From the NCBI GenBank assembly GCA_964228785.1, contig CAXRAW010000052.1, positions 11,141-75,140 of the forward strand: a stretch of DNA of 64,000 nucleotides. The letters run 5' to 3'. The stretch comes from Flavobacteriaceae bacterium. GTDB lineage: Bacteria > Bacteroidota > Bacteroidia > Flavobacteriales > Flavobacteriaceae. Shown here piece by piece: positions 9,578-19,930 of the stretch (the first letter of the stretch is position 1; every line of letters begins with the position of its first letter). The notes under the pieces were generated by a model. That model was not told the DNA's origin and made no database searches. It saw only the letters and a list, made by a program, of their open reading frames with translations. The position numbers and the translations under genes are program-made.

Positions 9578-10519
9578 CTACATTAAAAACTGATCGCTTA
9601 TCGATGTGTTGTGCTGAACTTTTTTCATCACATCGGCGAATAAGGGCGCGCAAGATACAACTTTTATTTTAGAAATTTCTTTTCTTAAGGGAATGGTATC
9701 TGAGACGATAAGTTCTGTTAATTTTGAATTCTGAATCTTCTCATAGGCAGTTCCAGAGAGGATTGGGTGTGTACAGATTGCACGGACACTTAAGGCTCCT
9801 CTTTCCATCATCAAATCGGCAGCTCTTGTGAGTGTTCCTCCGGTGTCTATCATATCATCTACAAGAATGACATTTTTCCCTTCTACTTCTCCAATGAGTT
9901 CCATGCGTCCAATCACATTGGCTTTTTTTCGCTGCTTATAGCAGATAACCACGTCAGACATCAAATATTTAGAATATGCATAAGCCCTTTTGGATCCTCC
10001 CATATCTGGAGAGGCAATGGTCAAATTATCTAGATGTAGTTGGTTGATGTACGACATAAAAATGGTTGAGGCAAACAAGTGGTCTACTGGCTTTTCAAAA
10101 AATCCCTGAATTTGATCCGCATGTAAATCCATCGTCATAATTCTCGTAGCACCTGCTGCTTGTAACAGATTGGCTACTAACTTAGCTCCAATGGCTACTC
10201 TGGGCTTGTCTTTTCTGTCTTGGCGTGCCCATCCAAAATAGGGCATAACAGCTGTAATATGTCTTGCTGATGCTCTTTTGGCTGCATCTAGCATAAGCAG
10301 CATTTCCATCAGGTGATCTGCACTTGGAAATGTAGAACCAATGATGAATACCCGTCTGCCTCTTACCGATTCTTCAAAGGCAGGTTGGAATTCACCATCG
10401 CTAAAGGTGGTTGTGATTACCCTTCCTAATTCTGCTCCATATTCTTTTGCAATTTTTTCAGCTAGTTCTGTGCTCTGTTGGCACGCAAATAGCTTGGGCG
10501 CTAGAGTGGTTAGTGACAT
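9578..10519 (-). CDS. prs: Ribose-phosphate pyrophosphokinase
   Basis: FSDGE, PYFGWARQDRK, DLHADQIQGFF, VDDMIDTGGT. Confidence 0.97.
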   Translation of the reverse strand: MSLTTLAPKLFACQQSTELAEKIAKEYGAELGRVITTTFSDGEFQPAFEESVRGRRVFIIGSTFPSADHLMEMLLMLDAAKRASARHITAVMPYFGWARQDRKDKPRVAIGAKLVANLLQAAGATRIMTMDLHADQIQGFFEKPVDHLFASTIFMSYINQLHLDNLTIASPDMGGSKRAYAYSKYLMSDVVICYKQRKKANVIGRMELIGEVEGKNVILVDDMIDTGGTLTRAADLMMERGALSVRAICTHPILSGTAYEKIQNSKLTELIVSDTIPLRKEISKIKVVSCAPLFADVMKKVQHNTSISDQFLM

Positions 10520-10684
10520 TGAGTTGTGTAGTTTGAGTTGCTAAGTCACAAAAGTAAAATTATTTGATGACTATTGATAGATTAAATCTTACAATCATAA
10601 AATATTTTTTATGTTTGTAATCTCCACTATAGAACTATGGGTGATAATTCTATCTTATAATGAGAATTGTTTCTTTAGTTAATT

Positions 10685-10767
10685 GCCAGAGTGGTGGAAT
10701 TGGTAGACACGTTGGATTCAAAATCCAATGCCCCTTGGGCGTGTGGGTTCGAGTCCCACCTCTGGTA
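10685..10767 (+). tRNA. tRNA-Leu(CAA)
   Basis: GCCAGAGTGGTGGAATTGGTAGACACG TTGGA-TT CAA AA-TCCAA, long variable arm, GTGGGTTCGAGTCCCAC. Confidence 0.96.
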
Positions 10768-10772
10768 CGTGA

Positions 10773-10810
10773 GTCGGCTGTAACTTATGTTACAGTTGGC
10801 TTTTTCTTTT
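10773..10810 (+). terminator. Intrinsic terminator after tRNA-Leu
   Basis: GTCGGCTGTAAC-TTAT-GTTACAGTTGGC followed by TTTTTCTTTT. Confidence 0.75.
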
Positions 10811-10818
10811 ACAACTTC

Positions 10819-11103
10819 TCAGTTGAAATTTATAAAATCTAGTCCAAAGACGAGTGTCCGTGCCATGATTCTATACCAGTTTAAAGACACTAATTGTGTT
10901 AAAGTATCTTTTTTGAGTATTCCTTTGAATAATTTTGTATGGGTTGGAGCAAAATAGATCCATGTCAATCGCCATATGGATAGGATGATGATCAATTTTG
11001 TCCAAGATAAGAATGTACATGATCTATTACCGAGTGTATTGAAATTCCTAGCTGAACCAGCATCAATGGAATTACAATTATTGCAAGAGTATGTCAACCT
11101 CAT
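10819..11103 (-). pseudogene. Probable frameshifted remnant of a small membrane protein gene
   Basis: Hydrophobic peptide split over two frames (LAIIVIPLMLVQLGISI / LIIILSIWRLTWIYFAPTH...LVSLNWYR); 5' end abuts the IS200 remnant hairpin. Confidence 0.4.
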
Positions 11104-11111
11104 AGAAGAAA

Positions 11112-11300
11112 TAAACCACTATGGATTTAAAATCCATAGTTTTAGTTAATGAATGAAATTCATTAGTCCACATACTACTCCAGTATCCAGTTTGCTTGCT
11201 CTCAATTACGTATTTGAACCAGAAGGTATCGACAATGAATTTGAATATCTTCCTTTAAAATTGATATAGATATATCTAATCACTCATGGCTTAGCCCCCT
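11112..11300 (-). mobile_element. Internally deleted IS200-family remnant
   Basis: Minus-strand peptide pieces ILKEDIQIHCRYLLVQIRN and NWILE* resemble TnpA middle and C-terminus; followed by hairpins TAATGAAT/ATTCATTA and ACTATGGATT-TAA-AATCCATAGT (11118-11140). Confidence 0.55.
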
Positions 11301-11479
11301 ATTAATCGGATTTTAACATTTTATTTTTTCAAAGTTAGTATTTTTTGTGTTATTGAGTAATGACGATCCAAATGTAAGGTTAGTATGTTTCACTTCATAG
11401 CGCACAAGTATCTGAAAATATATTTACATTCACTGTTTCATTCCTCTTTGTTATCTTTGGAAAATTCAAAAAGAAGTTT

Positions 11480-12070
11480 ATGAGCAATTTCACCACTCAT
11501 ATAGAATTAGGATTTAAACATGTGCTGGATTTCAATGGCTATGACCATATTTTATTTTTAATTGTTTTGGCTGTTATTTTTAGTTTTAGCCAGTGGAAAA
11601 AGGTTTTATTAATGATTACTTTTTTTACTGTTGGCCACACGTTTACTTTAAGTCTTGCCACGTATCAAATTGTTACGATAAAAGAGACTGTTATTGAGTT
11701 TTTAATTCCAATTACTATCCTGATTACTGCTGTTGTGAATATCCTTAAATTCAGTGTAAATTCTTCTAAGAGAGAGAAAACAAATCTCTTTTTTGCTTTG
11801 TTTTTTGGATTAATACACGGCTTAGGATTTTCAAATTTTTTAAGGGTAACTCTTGGAAAAAGTGAGGATAAGTTAATTCCCATGCTTGAATTTGCGCTTG
11901 GAATAGAATTGGCTCAAATGGTTATTGTTTTATCTGTATTAATTCTTGGAACTGTTCTCATACATTTTTTCAGAGTTTCAAAAAGAGACTGGGTTGTCAT
12001 TACTTCCGCAATAGTCATCGGTATTACCATTCCAATTATAAGGGATAGCTATTTTGCGTGGACCTCTTAG
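11480..12070 (+). CDS. HupE/UreJ family membrane protein
   Basis: GFKHVL..GYDHILFL, FTVGHT, FGLIHGLGF, GIELAQ. Confidence 0.88.
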   Translation: MSNFTTHIELGFKHVLDFNGYDHILFLIVLAVIFSFSQWKKVLLMITFFTVGHTFTLSLATYQIVTIKETVIEFLIPITILITAVVNILKFSVNSSKREKTNLFFALFFGLIHGLGFSNFLRVTLGKSEDKLIPMLEFALGIELAQMVIVLSVLILGTVLIHFFRVSKRDWVVITSAIVIGITIPIIRDSYFAWTS

Positions 12071-12124
12071 TTTTGGTAAAGATTTAACGCTCTAAATTTG
12101 AAAATCTCTGTATTTTTACCGCTT

Positions 12125-12550
12125 ATGAATTCCAAACAGCTTAGGTACGATATTGCTTATCTGAAAATGGCTCGTGAATGGGCTAAACTATCTCACTGTA
12201 AGCGCAAGCAAGTAGGTGCCTTAATTGTTAAAAATCGAATGATCATCTCTGATGGTTTTAATGGAACTCCTTCTGGGTTTGATAATTGTTGCGAGGATGA
12301 AGAAGGCGTGACTAAATGGGAGGTGCTACACGCAGAGGCCAATGCTATTTTAAAAGTAGCTAGGTCTACCCAATCTTGTGAAGGTGCAACTTTGTACATC
12401 ACACTTTCTCCTTGTCGGCAATGCAGCAAACTCATTCATCAGGCAGGAATCAAAAGAGTGGTGTATTCCAGTGAGTATAAAGATGCCTCTGGCTTGGAAT
12501 TTTTGGAAAAAGCGGGTGTTGAATTAACATTTTTATCTGTAGATGAATAA
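12125..12550 (+). CDS. dCMP deaminase family protein
   Basis: HAEANAI and SPCRQC zinc motifs; start moved to ATG 12125. Confidence 0.92.
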   Translation: MNSKQLRYDIAYLKMAREWAKLSHCKRKQVGALIVKNRMIISDGFNGTPSGFDNCCEDEEGVTKWEVLHAEANAILKVARSTQSCEGATLYITLSPCRQCSKLIHQAGIKRVVYSSEYKDASGLEFLEKAGVELTFLSVDE

Positions 12551-14117
12551 AAATAACTTTCCCATATATCTTTCTTTTGCTACTATTTTTGGTATTCTTA
12601 TTGGAACGTTTTTTAGTGGTGATTCCAGAGGAATTCTTCTTCAAAGAGGATCAGCAAATGAAATGAAAATGAGGCGTTTATTGGATTATATTGAACGTGA
12701 TTATGTGGATAATGTAAATACCGATGTTTTACTGGATGAAGCGATCACTCAAATGCTGGGTAAACTAGATCCTCATTCTGTGTATATTCCTAAAGAAAAT
12801 TTACAAGCGATTCAAGAGAATATGCAAGGAAATTTTGTGGGTATTGGAATTCAGTTTAGAATGATTCAAGATTCAATCACTGTCATACAGCCCATTGAAG
12901 GCGGTCCAAGCATCAAGGCAGGAATCAAGTCAGGCGATCGTATTATTTCTGCAAATCAAGATACCCTGTCAGGTAAAAAATTATCAAGCAATGATGTCCC
13001 TAAATATCTAAAGGGAAAGGACAATACAGAGCTTACGCTTCAAGTGTATAGAAAAACGAACGACTCCTTATTTAATATCAATATTAAAAGAGGAAAGGTA
13101 AATATTAAGAGCGTTGATATCGCTTACATGCTTAATGACCACTTAGGCTATGTTAAACTTGATCGTTTTGCCAGGAATACCTACAAAGAATTTAAGAGTG
13201 CGTTAACAGAACTTAAAGATCAAGGCATGATTGACTTGGTGTTGGATTTGAGGGGGAATGGAGGTGGATTTGTAGATATTGCCACCCAGATTGCTGATGA
13301 GTTTCTTGATGAGGATAAGCTTATTGTCTTTACCAAAAACAATAAAAAAGAAATCCACAAATCTTATGCCACTAGCAAAGGTGATTTTGAAAAGGGTGGT
13401 TTATATATTCTCATCGATGAAAACTCTGCATCAGCCTCAGAAATTGTTGCGGGTGCTATGCAGGACAATGATAAAGGAATTATCATAGGACGACGTTCTT
13501 TTGGTAAAGGTTTAGTTCAAATAGAAATGGATTTAGGGGATGGTTCTGCTGTTCGACTAACAACAGCAAGGTACTACACTCCCACAGGCCGTTCTATTCA
13601 GAAACCATATACTAAAAATGGACATCCTAACTATTATGATGACTACCAAAAAAGAATGCTTCGTGGAGAGCTTTTAAATCAGGACAGTATTCCAATAATT
13701 GATTCACTAAAATATACTACTCCAAAAGGAAAAGTTGTCTACGGTGGCGGTGGGATTATTCCAGATGTTTTTGTTGCGGTAGATACTACTGGTAATATCA
13801 ATAACGTACACTTTATATCCATGACTGACTTTGCTTTTAATTTTGTAGATCAACATCGAAAGGAAATGACCAACAAATGGACTCTTGATCACTTTATTGA
13901 GAGTTTTGATCAGGACGATCGTATTTTTCAATCCTACTTATCCAAGATACCTGTGGGAGCTGATTCTCGTAATCACAGCGCTACAGAGGTGCTTCGTACC
14001 TATTTAAGGGCTTCTATTGCCAATGAACTTTTTGGAAATGTTGGCTCGTATCGCATTATCCACAAAAAAGACAAAATGTTAGAACGTGTACTTGAATTGG
14101 ATTCTAAAGCGGAATAG
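12543..14117 (+). CDS. S41 family C-terminal processing peptidase
   Basis: LDPHS, PDZ region, DLRGNGGG, SASASEI, SFGKGLVQ, TTARYYTP. Confidence 0.95.
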   Translation: MNKNNFPIYLSFATIFGILIGTFFSGDSRGILLQRGSANEMKMRRLLDYIERDYVDNVNTDVLLDEAITQMLGKLDPHSVYIPKENLQAIQENMQGNFVGIGIQFRMIQDSITVIQPIEGGPSIKAGIKSGDRIISANQDTLSGKKLSSNDVPKYLKGKDNTELTLQVYRKTNDSLFNINIKRGKVNIKSVDIAYMLNDHLGYVKLDRFARNTYKEFKSALTELKDQGMIDLVLDLRGNGGGFVDIATQIADEFLDEDKLIVFTKNNKKEIHKSYATSKGDFEKGGLYILIDENSASASEIVAGAMQDNDKGIIIGRRSFGKGLVQIEMDLGDGSAVRLTTARYYTPTGRSIQKPYTKNGHPNYYDDYQKRMLRGELLNQDSIPIIDSLKYTTPKGKVVYGGGGIIPDVFVAVDTTGNINNVHFISMTDFAFNFVDQHRKEMTNKWTLDHFIESFDQDDRIFQSYLSKIPVGADSRNHSATEVLRTYLRASIANELFGNVGSYRIIHKKDKMLERVLELDSKAE

Positions 14118-14132
14118 TGTTACTTTGTACGT

Positions 14133-14891
14133 ATGATATCCATTCAAACTTCAGAAAACAAGAAGGTGTATTTTGCATCAGATCAACATTTAGGAGCTCC
14201 CACCTACAAGGCAAGTCTTCCCCGTGAGAAAAAGTTTGTAGCTTGGTTAAATGACGTTAAAAAAGATGCAGAGGTTATCTTTCTTTTGGGAGATCTTTTT
14301 GATTTTTGGTTCGAATATAAAACCGTTGTTCCCAGGGGGTTCGTCCGCATACTGGGAAAACTTGCCGAAATAAAAGATGCAGGGATTCCTATTTACTTCT
14401 TTGTGGGCAACCATGATCTATGGATGCGTGATTATTTTAAAAAAGAACTTGGGATTCTAGTATTTTTTAGCCCTCAAGAATTTAACATTAATGGAAAATC
14501 TTTTTTTATAGGTCATGGCGATGGTCTTGGCCCTGGTGATAAAGGATACAAACGAATGAAAAAGATTTTTAAATCCCCCTTTTTCCAGTGGCTGTTTCGT
14601 TGGTTGCATCCTGATTTAGGAATGAAACTTGGACAATATATGTCTGTGAGAAATAAGCTCATCTCTGGGGACAAGGATACCCAGTTTTTGGGGAACAATC
14701 GTGAGTGGCTAGTTCAATATTGTCATAGAAAACTGACTAAAGGTCATTATGACTACTTCATCTTTGGTCACAGACACCTTCCTTTAAATATTCAACTTAA
14801 TGAAAGTAGTACATACATTAATTTGGGAGATTGGATCCAATATTTTACCTATGGTGAGTTTATGACAACCTTTGAACTTAAAGAGTACTGA
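14133..14891 (+). CDS. lpxH: UDP-2,3-diacylglucosamine diphosphatase
   Basis: SDQHLG, GDLFDFW, GNHD, GHGD, FGHRH, NLGDW. Confidence 0.88.
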   Translation: MISIQTSENKKVYFASDQHLGAPTYKASLPREKKFVAWLNDVKKDAEVIFLLGDLFDFWFEYKTVVPRGFVRILGKLAEIKDAGIPIYFFVGNHDLWMRDYFKKELGILVFFSPQEFNINGKSFFIGHGDGLGPGDKGYKRMKKIFKSPFFQWLFRWLHPDLGMKLGQYMSVRNKLISGDKDTQFLGNNREWLVQYCHRKLTKGHYDYFIFGHRHLPLNIQLNESSTYINLGDWIQYFTYGEFMTTFELKEY

Positions 14892-14917
14892 TTTGGGTGA
14901 TGGATCTGAAAAATTCT

Positions 14918-15340
14918 CTAAATATAGTTTTCTAGAGATCTTTTACAAATTGTATTAATTGATGCGTCTCCCAATGCAATATTTGGACGCTCCTTTTGAA
15001 TAAAATCAGGGTCTATTTCTCCTTGAAAAAATTTTATGACCTTTTTGCCATCAAAATCTACAAAAGCTAATCGAAAATAGAACTCTGTTTCTTCGAAGCC
15101 AAAATCTGATCCTGACAATAAAGCTACCTAATATTTTTCTAATAAATACAATGCTAATTCTTCGCTGTTTCTAATTTCTAATTTGTGAATTTGTTCTGAA
15201 AAACTGTTAAAGCCGATGATCATGTAAAAAGCCCCCTTGGGGCTTGTACAATCTATATTATTGGACACTAGAGATTTATAGATAAATAGGGATATGCCAT
15301 ATGAGATTGCCGTAGCATCTACAACATATTATTTTAGTGT
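14918..15340 (-). pseudogene. 3' remnant of class I/II PLP-dependent aminotransferase
   Basis: One frame reads ...*YVVDATAI...CTSPKGAFYMIIGF...LLEKY*VALLSGSDFG...FRLAFVDFDG; in-frame stops at 15128-15130 and 15329-15331; N-terminal part absent. Confidence 0.75.
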
Positions 15341-15372
15341 CAACAAGTTTTGGTTAATCTTCATTTATTGAT

Positions 15373-15400
15373 AAAAAAAGAGGCTAATGAATAGCCTCTT
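15373..15400 (-). terminator. Intrinsic terminator of TonB-receptor/lipoprotein operon
   Basis: AAGAGGCTA-ATGAA-TAGCCTCTT with A-run (U-tract on minus strand). Confidence 0.75.
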
Positions 15401-15423
15401 AATTATTTTATAGTGTCTTTTTG

Positions 15424-16191
15424 TTAGGCTGGATCTTCTGTGTAAAAGGTGTAACTCACAACTCCACTTGCGTTGGTACTTTTGGTAAACCATAGGACAT
15501 TTCCATCTTCAAAAGTCAAAACATCAAAAGAGAAGTTTCCTCCAGCAGTTATCAATGCATAATTAGCCTCCACATCAGCAGGTGTTGTATAAAACTGTGC
15601 AAAGACTGCATAGTTTCCATCGGCAAGTGAACCTCCCTCTAAGAATTCTGGTGGAAAAAACTCCAAGCTAACATCGATCCACGCAAAGGTGCTTCCCCAA
15701 GATGGTGTCATCGGTTGTAACCCAAAATCAATATCATTCGAAGCATCAGCCCACGTAATTGTAATTGCTATGTATCCCTGCTTCATTACTTTTGTGGTTG
15801 TAAGCCCAGAAATTGATGGAAGTATATTTCTTGCATTAGCATTTACAACATGAAATCCCACAATGCTTACATCGCGAAAATTGACTCCAATTTCAAAATT
15901 CAAAGGAATAGTTACTGAGGTATCACCCGTATTCCCACTAACGCTTCCTAACTCACCATCCACAGTATATTCTATGGATGAATAGCTGGGTAATGCTTCG
16001 GAAAAGTTAACCACTAGTTCATAACTCGTTAAGTTATCGTCAATCGCAATAATCTCTGCCTGCATCTCTAAACTTGCTTCTAAACTCTTTTTTTCTGCAA
16101 TTGTTACAGGGTCGTCATCATCTACATTACAGCTTGAAAAAGTGAATACTGCAAGTGTTAATATGGTTATTTTATATACGAATCTCTTCAT
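15424..16191 (-). CDS. Acidic beta-rich lipoprotein, unknown function
   Basis: Signal peptide II ending FSSC, followed by acidic NVDDDD. Confidence 0.75.
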   Translation of the reverse strand: MKRFVYKITILTLAVFTFSSCNVDDDDPVTIAEKKSLEASLEMQAEIIAIDDNLTSYELVVNFSEALPSYSSIEYTVDGELGSVSGNTGDTSVTIPLNFEIGVNFRDVSIVGFHVVNANARNILPSISGLTTTKVMKQGYIAITITWADASNDIDFGLQPMTPSWGSTFAWIDVSLEFFPPEFLEGGSLADGNYAVFAQFYTTPADVEANYALITAGGNFSFDVLTFEDGNVLWFTKSTNASGVVSYTFYTEDPA

Positions 16192-16202
16192 TTTGGTGCT
16201 TT

Positions 16203-17042
16203 TTATAGTTCGGTAATTGTGTAGGTTACAGTCGATCCACTAGTCTGTTTTTCAATCTCAAGAACAGTAAACTCCTCTGCCCAAAAACTAGCTCCCAAAG
16301 TTAGGGTTCCTGTAAACGTTTCTACCCCTGTAGGATAAGTAAAATCGATAGTATAGTCTGATGTTGGATCTGTTACAAACCAAGGTCTTATGGAGAAAGT
16401 ATATACTCCGTCAAGGTTTGATTGTCCCAAAGTAACTAACTCTCCTGGCGATGTGGAATATCCAACATCAACAGTAACCAATGAGGCATTTCTAATTCTA
16501 CAATCCAAATCGCTGGATCCTGTCCAGTTAAGATCGAAGTTTACATCAGAGGGTGTTGTTGTAACAATTGTTGGAAATGTATCAGCAATTTCCAACGTCC
16601 TAGAGCCGTCTGCTGTGGTAATGTAATATTTATTATCTGTATTTCCTTGAATTACAGCATTGGAGATAGACATTGTGTAGGTCTCCATATCTCCTGATAT
16701 CCCATCATCATTTAATGTACAGGTGAAAGTAACAGATGTTTGTCCTGCGGGAATAATAACTTGATCTGGGAAGGTCGCTTCAACGCTTCCATCAGAAGAA
16801 CTCATTGATAGGCTAACGACCATATCATTAGGTAGAGCTCCTATACTGTGACTTATGGTAAAGTCAGAAGTTCCACCATCTTCCAAAAGAAGTAATCCAT
16901 CATTTGTATCTGTAAATCCAACACTAATCTCGCTTGTAGGAGAATAGGTTCCGTCATTCGTAATGCTATCCACATCATCCTCTCCACATCCCATCAATAG
17001 AGTGAGGGTTAATAGCATTGCTATGTGTTTAAAATTTTTCAT
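16203..17042 (-). CDS. Acidic lipoprotein with Calx-beta-like segment
   Basis: LLMGC lipobox; VIIPAGQTSVTFTCTLNDDGISGDMETYTMSI resembles Calx-beta. Confidence 0.75.
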   Translation of the reverse strand: MKNFKHIAMLLTLTLLMGCGEDDVDSITNDGTYSPTSEISVGFTDTNDGLLLLEDGGTSDFTISHSIGALPNDMVVSLSMSSSDGSVEATFPDQVIIPAGQTSVTFTCTLNDDGISGDMETYTMSISNAVIQGNTDNKYYITTADGSRTLEIADTFPTIVTTTPSDVNFDLNWTGSSDLDCRIRNASLVTVDVGYSTSPGELVTLGQSNLDGVYTFSIRPWFVTDPTSDYTIDFTYPTGVETFTGTLTLGASFWAEEFTVLEIEKQTSGSTVTYTITEL

Positions 17043-17053
17043 GCGTCTACTTT

Positions 17054-19930
17054 TTAAAGTTTGAAGTTTAATCTACCAAATACTGTTCTACCATTGATTC
17101 CAAACTGAGAAGTCACTCGTGGATAAATAAAATTATTACCACTTGTTAGGTTTGATGGTGATTTGTCTGGGTAAACATCAAGAATGTTACTAGATCCAAC
17201 AGTTAAGGTTAAGTTATCTGTAATATCATATCCAAAAGACATGTCTGTAATAATTTTTGATCCAAATTCTGGATGGAAGTTAGGACCTCCATCGCTTGTA
17301 GTATCAGGATTAAATACAGAGCCAAAAAAGGAGTTCCGAACAAATAATTTCCATTTATCAGATTGAAGGATATGTCCTAAATTCGCCTTTACCCTTGGTG
17401 ATGCTAACTCTAAGAAATATTGTTCTCTTTCGCCAAAGTATGTTCCTGCTTGGGAAGCCAAAACAGATGATGAATTAATTTCATCTATTTGCTGAGTTTT
17501 GTTGTATGTAAACGCAAAGTCAGATGTGAAACGCAAATCAGAAATAGTGGTTTTATGTGAGATTACGATGTCAAATCCTTTTGTTTCGGTATCAATTGCA
17601 TTAGAGAAGAAACGCGCTCTAGTTGCATTTGCCTGATCAAACAGTGCTTGGGTAGCGTCATCAGGAGAGAAGTTTCCAGTTAACACAACCCGATCGTCAA
17701 TAGCCGTGTAGAAGGCATCGATCGTTAGTGTTAAGTTGGCATCGGGAATCTTGGCTGTAAGTCCAAAGCTCCCACTAAAGGATTCTTCTTGTTTTAACTC
17801 TGGAATTCCAAATAACCCAGCAATTCTACTGTCATTAGAAAACGTTCCTACTTCAAATGGCACACCTCCAATAAAGTTAGTGCTTACCGTATTAAAGTTT
17901 GCTTGATGCAATGATGGAGCTCTAAATCCAGTACTCATGGCAGCTCTTAGGTTTACATTGTCACTGACTTTTAACAAGGTTGCCAACTTCCAATTGAGTG
18001 TGGATCCAAAGTCACTGTAGTTCTCAAAGCGAACTGCTCCAGAAAGCATCACGCTTTCTGTAAGGTCTGCCTCAACATCTGCATAAAATGCATAACTGTT
18101 TCTTGTTGCATTTCTTTCATTCTCAGGTCTAAAACCAGGGAATACTTGAATTCCTCCTGGTCTTGCTCTTCCGAAGAAATCAGTTGCTTGAGTTGCTGGG
18201 TCTCCATCCCAAATTTCTCCGTTAATGTCGTAAGTAGCCCAAGATTCTTCTTGACCAGCAAATATTTCGTACAATTCCATTCTATATTCTGCACCAATCG
18301 CCACGTTTATGCCAGAGAGAATGCCATCATAAAATTTGGATATATCTAAATTAGTTGTGTTTTGGGTAAATGCAAATCCTCCAGCATAAACACTTAAAGG
18401 TGAATCCTGCCCTAGACTGGCATTACTTGAATTTCCAATATTAAAATCGAATGAGTTGGTTCCAAACGTATTACTGAAATCAACATCCCAATCACCTTGT
18501 TTTCCAGTAATTCCAAAAGCAATCGATTTGTCATTTACCTGTGTATTAATTTCAGGTAAAAATCCTCCAGGATAGAGTCCGGTAAAAGCTCTTGATTGTG
18601 CAGGTCTTCTGTAGAAGCCTCCTGCGTTTCCTTTTCGGTGGCTCATCCCTCCAAAAGCATAGAAATTAAAATCTTCGTTGATAGGGAGTTCCATATTGGC
18701 AAAGAATTTTCCGTTTCTGAGTTGAGACTGACCTACTCTCATGCTAAAATCTTGTCTTGTTAAACCTCTAACAGCCAATTCAGCATCAGACGTGTCAAAA
18801 TTCAGTAATGGTCTTACATCATCTACAGATGTAGCTGTGTTGATTGCGTTTTTCAATGCTAAATCGAAATGTGTTACTCCTTGAGCAAAGGTTTGAATTT
18901 GAGTCAGGCTATATAAGGTAATGTCTGAACCTGCTCCACTTTGCAATCCAATCCACTCTACTGAGTTACTCCCATCAAAAATTTGTCCTGTAAACCCGTC
19001 TGCTCCTGCTCTGAATGATGGAGCTCTTGTAGAAAGTGAGCCTGTTAAATTGATGAAACCTCCTTTATCTCCTAAAGCAGTACCATAATTAACATCTACT
19101 TGAAAGTTCTCGCCATCAATTCCACCACTTTGGTTGTTGGTTTCACTACCCCAGTTGGTTCCCTGGTTTACCTGAACCTCCAAGTCTTGGCTGTCTTTAA
19201 GAACAATGTTAATGACTCCGGCCACAGCGTCACTACCATATTGTGCAGAGGCGCCATCTTTTAATATTTCAATTCTTTTGATGGCAAATGAAGGAATCGC
19301 ATTCATGTCTGTTCCCACACTACCTCTACCAACGGTGCTGTTTACATTTACTAGAGACGTGTTATGTCTTCTCTTACCGTTGATAAGCACCAAAACTTGG
19401 TCTGGTCCTAATCCCCTTAAAGCGGCGGGATCAATATGGTCTGTACCATCAGAAATGGTTTGTGATGTAGACGTAAATGAGGGAGCTACATAGTTCAAGA
19501 TGTCGTTCACAGACACCTGTGGTCCAGCACTAACCAATTCTGTAATGTCAATAATATCTACAGGAACGGGGGTATTTGCCACCGTTCTGCTCTTGTTTCT
19601 TGAACCCACCAACACAACCTCATCTAAGGCTAAATTTTCATCTTCAAGAGTGATTGTTAACGGATTTGTATTTGTTACTTCTTGTTCAACGGTTTTGAAG
19701 CCTAAAGAAGATATTACAAGGGTTGTTGGCAATGATGTGACATCTAGAGAAAACGTTCCATCTTCTCCAGTAGTTGTTCCATTTGTTGATTTTTTTTCTT
19801 GCACATTGATGAACGCTAGTGCTTCACCAGAAGAATCTACAACTTTTCCTTTAATAGTCTGAGCATTTAAGCCCACCCCCGATAATAAAAATACAACCGC
19901 AATGATTTTAAAAAAAGTATTTTTTTTCAT
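17054..19930 (-). CDS. TonB-dependent receptor with N-terminal CarboxypepD-like domain
   Basis: LDEVVLVG, LRGLGPDQVLVLINGKRRH, IEILKDGASAQYGSDAVAGVINI, GFRAPSL, C-terminal beta strand. Confidence 0.95.
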   Translation of the reverse strand: MKKNTFFKIIAVVFLLSGVGLNAQTIKGKVVDSSGEALAFINVQEKKSTNGTTTGEDGTFSLDVTSLPTTLVISSLGFKTVEQEVTNTNPLTITLEDENLALDEVVLVGSRNKSRTVANTPVPVDIIDITELVSAGPQVSVNDILNYVAPSFTSTSQTISDGTDHIDPAALRGLGPDQVLVLINGKRRHNTSLVNVNSTVGRGSVGTDMNAIPSFAIKRIEILKDGASAQYGSDAVAGVINIVLKDSQDLEVQVNQGTNWGSETNNQSGGIDGENFQVDVNYGTALGDKGGFINLTGSLSTRAPSFRAGADGFTGQIFDGSNSVEWIGLQSGAGSDITLYSLTQIQTFAQGVTHFDLALKNAINTATSVDDVRPLLNFDTSDAELAVRGLTRQDFSMRVGQSQLRNGKFFANMELPINEDFNFYAFGGMSHRKGNAGGFYRRPAQSRAFTGLYPGGFLPEINTQVNDKSIAFGITGKQGDWDVDFSNTFGTNSFDFNIGNSSNASLGQDSPLSVYAGGFAFTQNTTNLDISKFYDGILSGINVAIGAEYRMELYEIFAGQEESWATYDINGEIWDGDPATQATDFFGRARPGGIQVFPGFRPENERNATRNSYAFYADVEADLTESVMLSGAVRFENYSDFGSTLNWKLATLLKVSDNVNLRAAMSTGFRAPSLHQANFNTVSTNFIGGVPFEVGTFSNDSRIAGLFGIPELKQEESFSGSFGLTAKIPDANLTLTIDAFYTAIDDRVVLTGNFSPDDATQALFDQANATRARFFSNAIDTETKGFDIVISHKTTISDLRFTSDFAFTYNKTQQIDEINSSSVLASQAGTYFGEREQYFLELASPRVKANLGHILQSDKWKLFVRNSFFGSVFNPDTTSDGGPNFHPEFGSKIITDMSFGYDITDNLTLTVGSSNILDVYPDKSPSNLTSGNNFIYPRVTSQFGINGRTVFGRLNFKL

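Noticed and set aside
10660-10842. 60-aa ORF
   Set aside because: Overlaps tRNA-Leu and its terminator
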